This document shows positions 63,079 to 64,000 of a stretch of 64,000 nucleotides of DNA, piece after piece; within the stretch, counting starts at the first letter, position 1, and each line of letters opens with the position of its first letter. The notes beneath the pieces are model-generated. The model saw only the letters and a list, made by a program, of their open reading frames with translations, was not told where the DNA came from and ran no database searches. Source of the DNA: an uncultured Acidobacteriota bacterium (GTDB lineage Bacteria > Acidobacteriota > Terriglobia > Terriglobales > Acidobacteriaceae). The stretch lies in assembly GCA_963696565.1 (NCBI GenBank), contig CAVOKS010000013.1, forward strand, positions 7,513-71,512. Reading direction: 5' to 3'. Made by a program: the position numbers and the translations under genes.

Positions 63079-64000
63079 ATGAAGGAATTCTTCCTATCCG
63101 ATTGCGGTCACCACGAAAACAAGGTCATCACTTCGACTTTCGTGGTCGTATCCAAGCAGGTTAAACCCAAGAAGAGCGGTGAGCCCTATCTGGCGCTGAT
63201 CCTGGGCGATCGAACCGGCCAACTCGAAGCCAAGATGTGGGATAACGTCGAGGACGCGCATCGACGCTTTCGAGCAGGACGACTTCCTCAAAATCAAAGG
63301 CCTGCTCAACAAATATAAGAACCGCTTCCAGATCACGATTCACAAACTCCGCCGCCTCGGCGACTCCGAAATCGACTTCTCAGATTACCTGCCTAAGACG
63401 ACCAAAGATATCGGCGAGCTGTGGCAGACCCTGGCAACTTTCGTAGCTTCCTTTCGCGATCCCCATCTCAAGGCGCTGGTGGAAGCTTTCATGTCTGACC
63501 CGGAGATTGCCGAGCCTTACCGCAATGCTCCTGCCGCCAAAACTCTGCACCACGCCTACATCGGCGGATTGCTCGATCACGTGGTGTCGCTCTTCCGTTC
63601 CTGCGATCTGATGTGCCAGAATTATCCGCAGATTAATCGCGATCTTTTGCTCACCGGCGCATTCCTGCACGACATCGGCAAGATTCACGAACTTACCTAT
63701 AACCGCTCGTTCTCCTACACTACGCGTGGGCCAGTTGCTCGGCCACATGATCATCGAACTGGAAATGCTGCAAGCCAAACTTGCGCAGTTCCCCGACTTC
63801 CCCGACGAACTCAAAATCCTGGTCGAGCACCTCATCATCAGCCATCATGGCGAATACGAATTCGGCTCGCCCAAGTTGCCCATGTTTCCTGAGGCTCTGA
63901 TGCTGCATTATCTCGACAACCTCGATTCCAAGATGGAAAGCATGCGCGCTCATTTTGAACGCGAAGCTGCTTCCGACGGCCCTTGGACCGGCTACAATTC
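63079..64000 (+). pseudogene. YhaM-like 3'-5' exoribonuclease (OB fold plus HD domain), frameshifted, runs off the window
   Basis: OB part: GEPYLALILGDRTGQLEAKMWDN. HD part: LHHAYIGGLLDHVVS, AFLHDIGK, ISHHGEYEFGSP. Breaks lie near 63255 and 63720. The 3' end lies beyond 64000. Confidence 0.75.

Overview
This is 64 kb of high-GC bacterial chromosome carrying about 50 protein genes on both strands. I found no rRNA, tRNA, CRISPR array, transposase or integrase.

Gene content suggests Acidobacteriota, by inference only: a GloVer tandem-repeat protein, a BNR/sortilin-like protein, tandem GT39 glycosyltransferases, DUF4331, many secreted zinc peptidases and a Ser/Thr kinase.

Recognisable units, in order:
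- BON protein
- marR plus a membrane gene
- larB, a ChaN-like gene and ubiX
- Phd/VapC toxin-antitoxin pair
- iorA/iorB-type molybdenum hydroxylase
- yceD-rpmF-plsX-fabD
- tetR, hlyD/ABC ATPase and ABC-2 permease efflux operon
- SAM-I riboswitch-controlled thrC-like/CysO-like/hom operon
- two VOC genes, an aldo-keto reductase and trmO
- DUF4331 plus a TPR gene
- fasciclin
- M24 aminopeptidase
- DUF2844 plus DUF3443
- erythrin-VIT1
- a GGDEF cyclase and response regulators
- M1 and other peptidases
- FKBP-type and SurA-type PPIases
- a TMEM175 channel
- a YhaM-like nuclease

Most notable observations:
1. An S-box riboswitch sits in front of a threonine-synthase homolog plus a sulfur-carrier protein. 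This points to carrier-dependent homocysteine synthesis rather than threonine synthesis.
2. About half of the genes are interrupted by frameshifts that cluster regionally. Uneven assembly or consensus quality is the simplest explanation, so every pseudogene call here is provisional.
3. An in-frame junction joins a truncated OmpR-type regulator to the C-terminal two thirds of a MotB/OmpA-like protein.
4. Several intergenic repeat families are present: inverted heptamer arrays, REP-like hairpin pairs and a 220-bp inverted-repeat element.

I did not find a convincing, wholly new multi-gene system.
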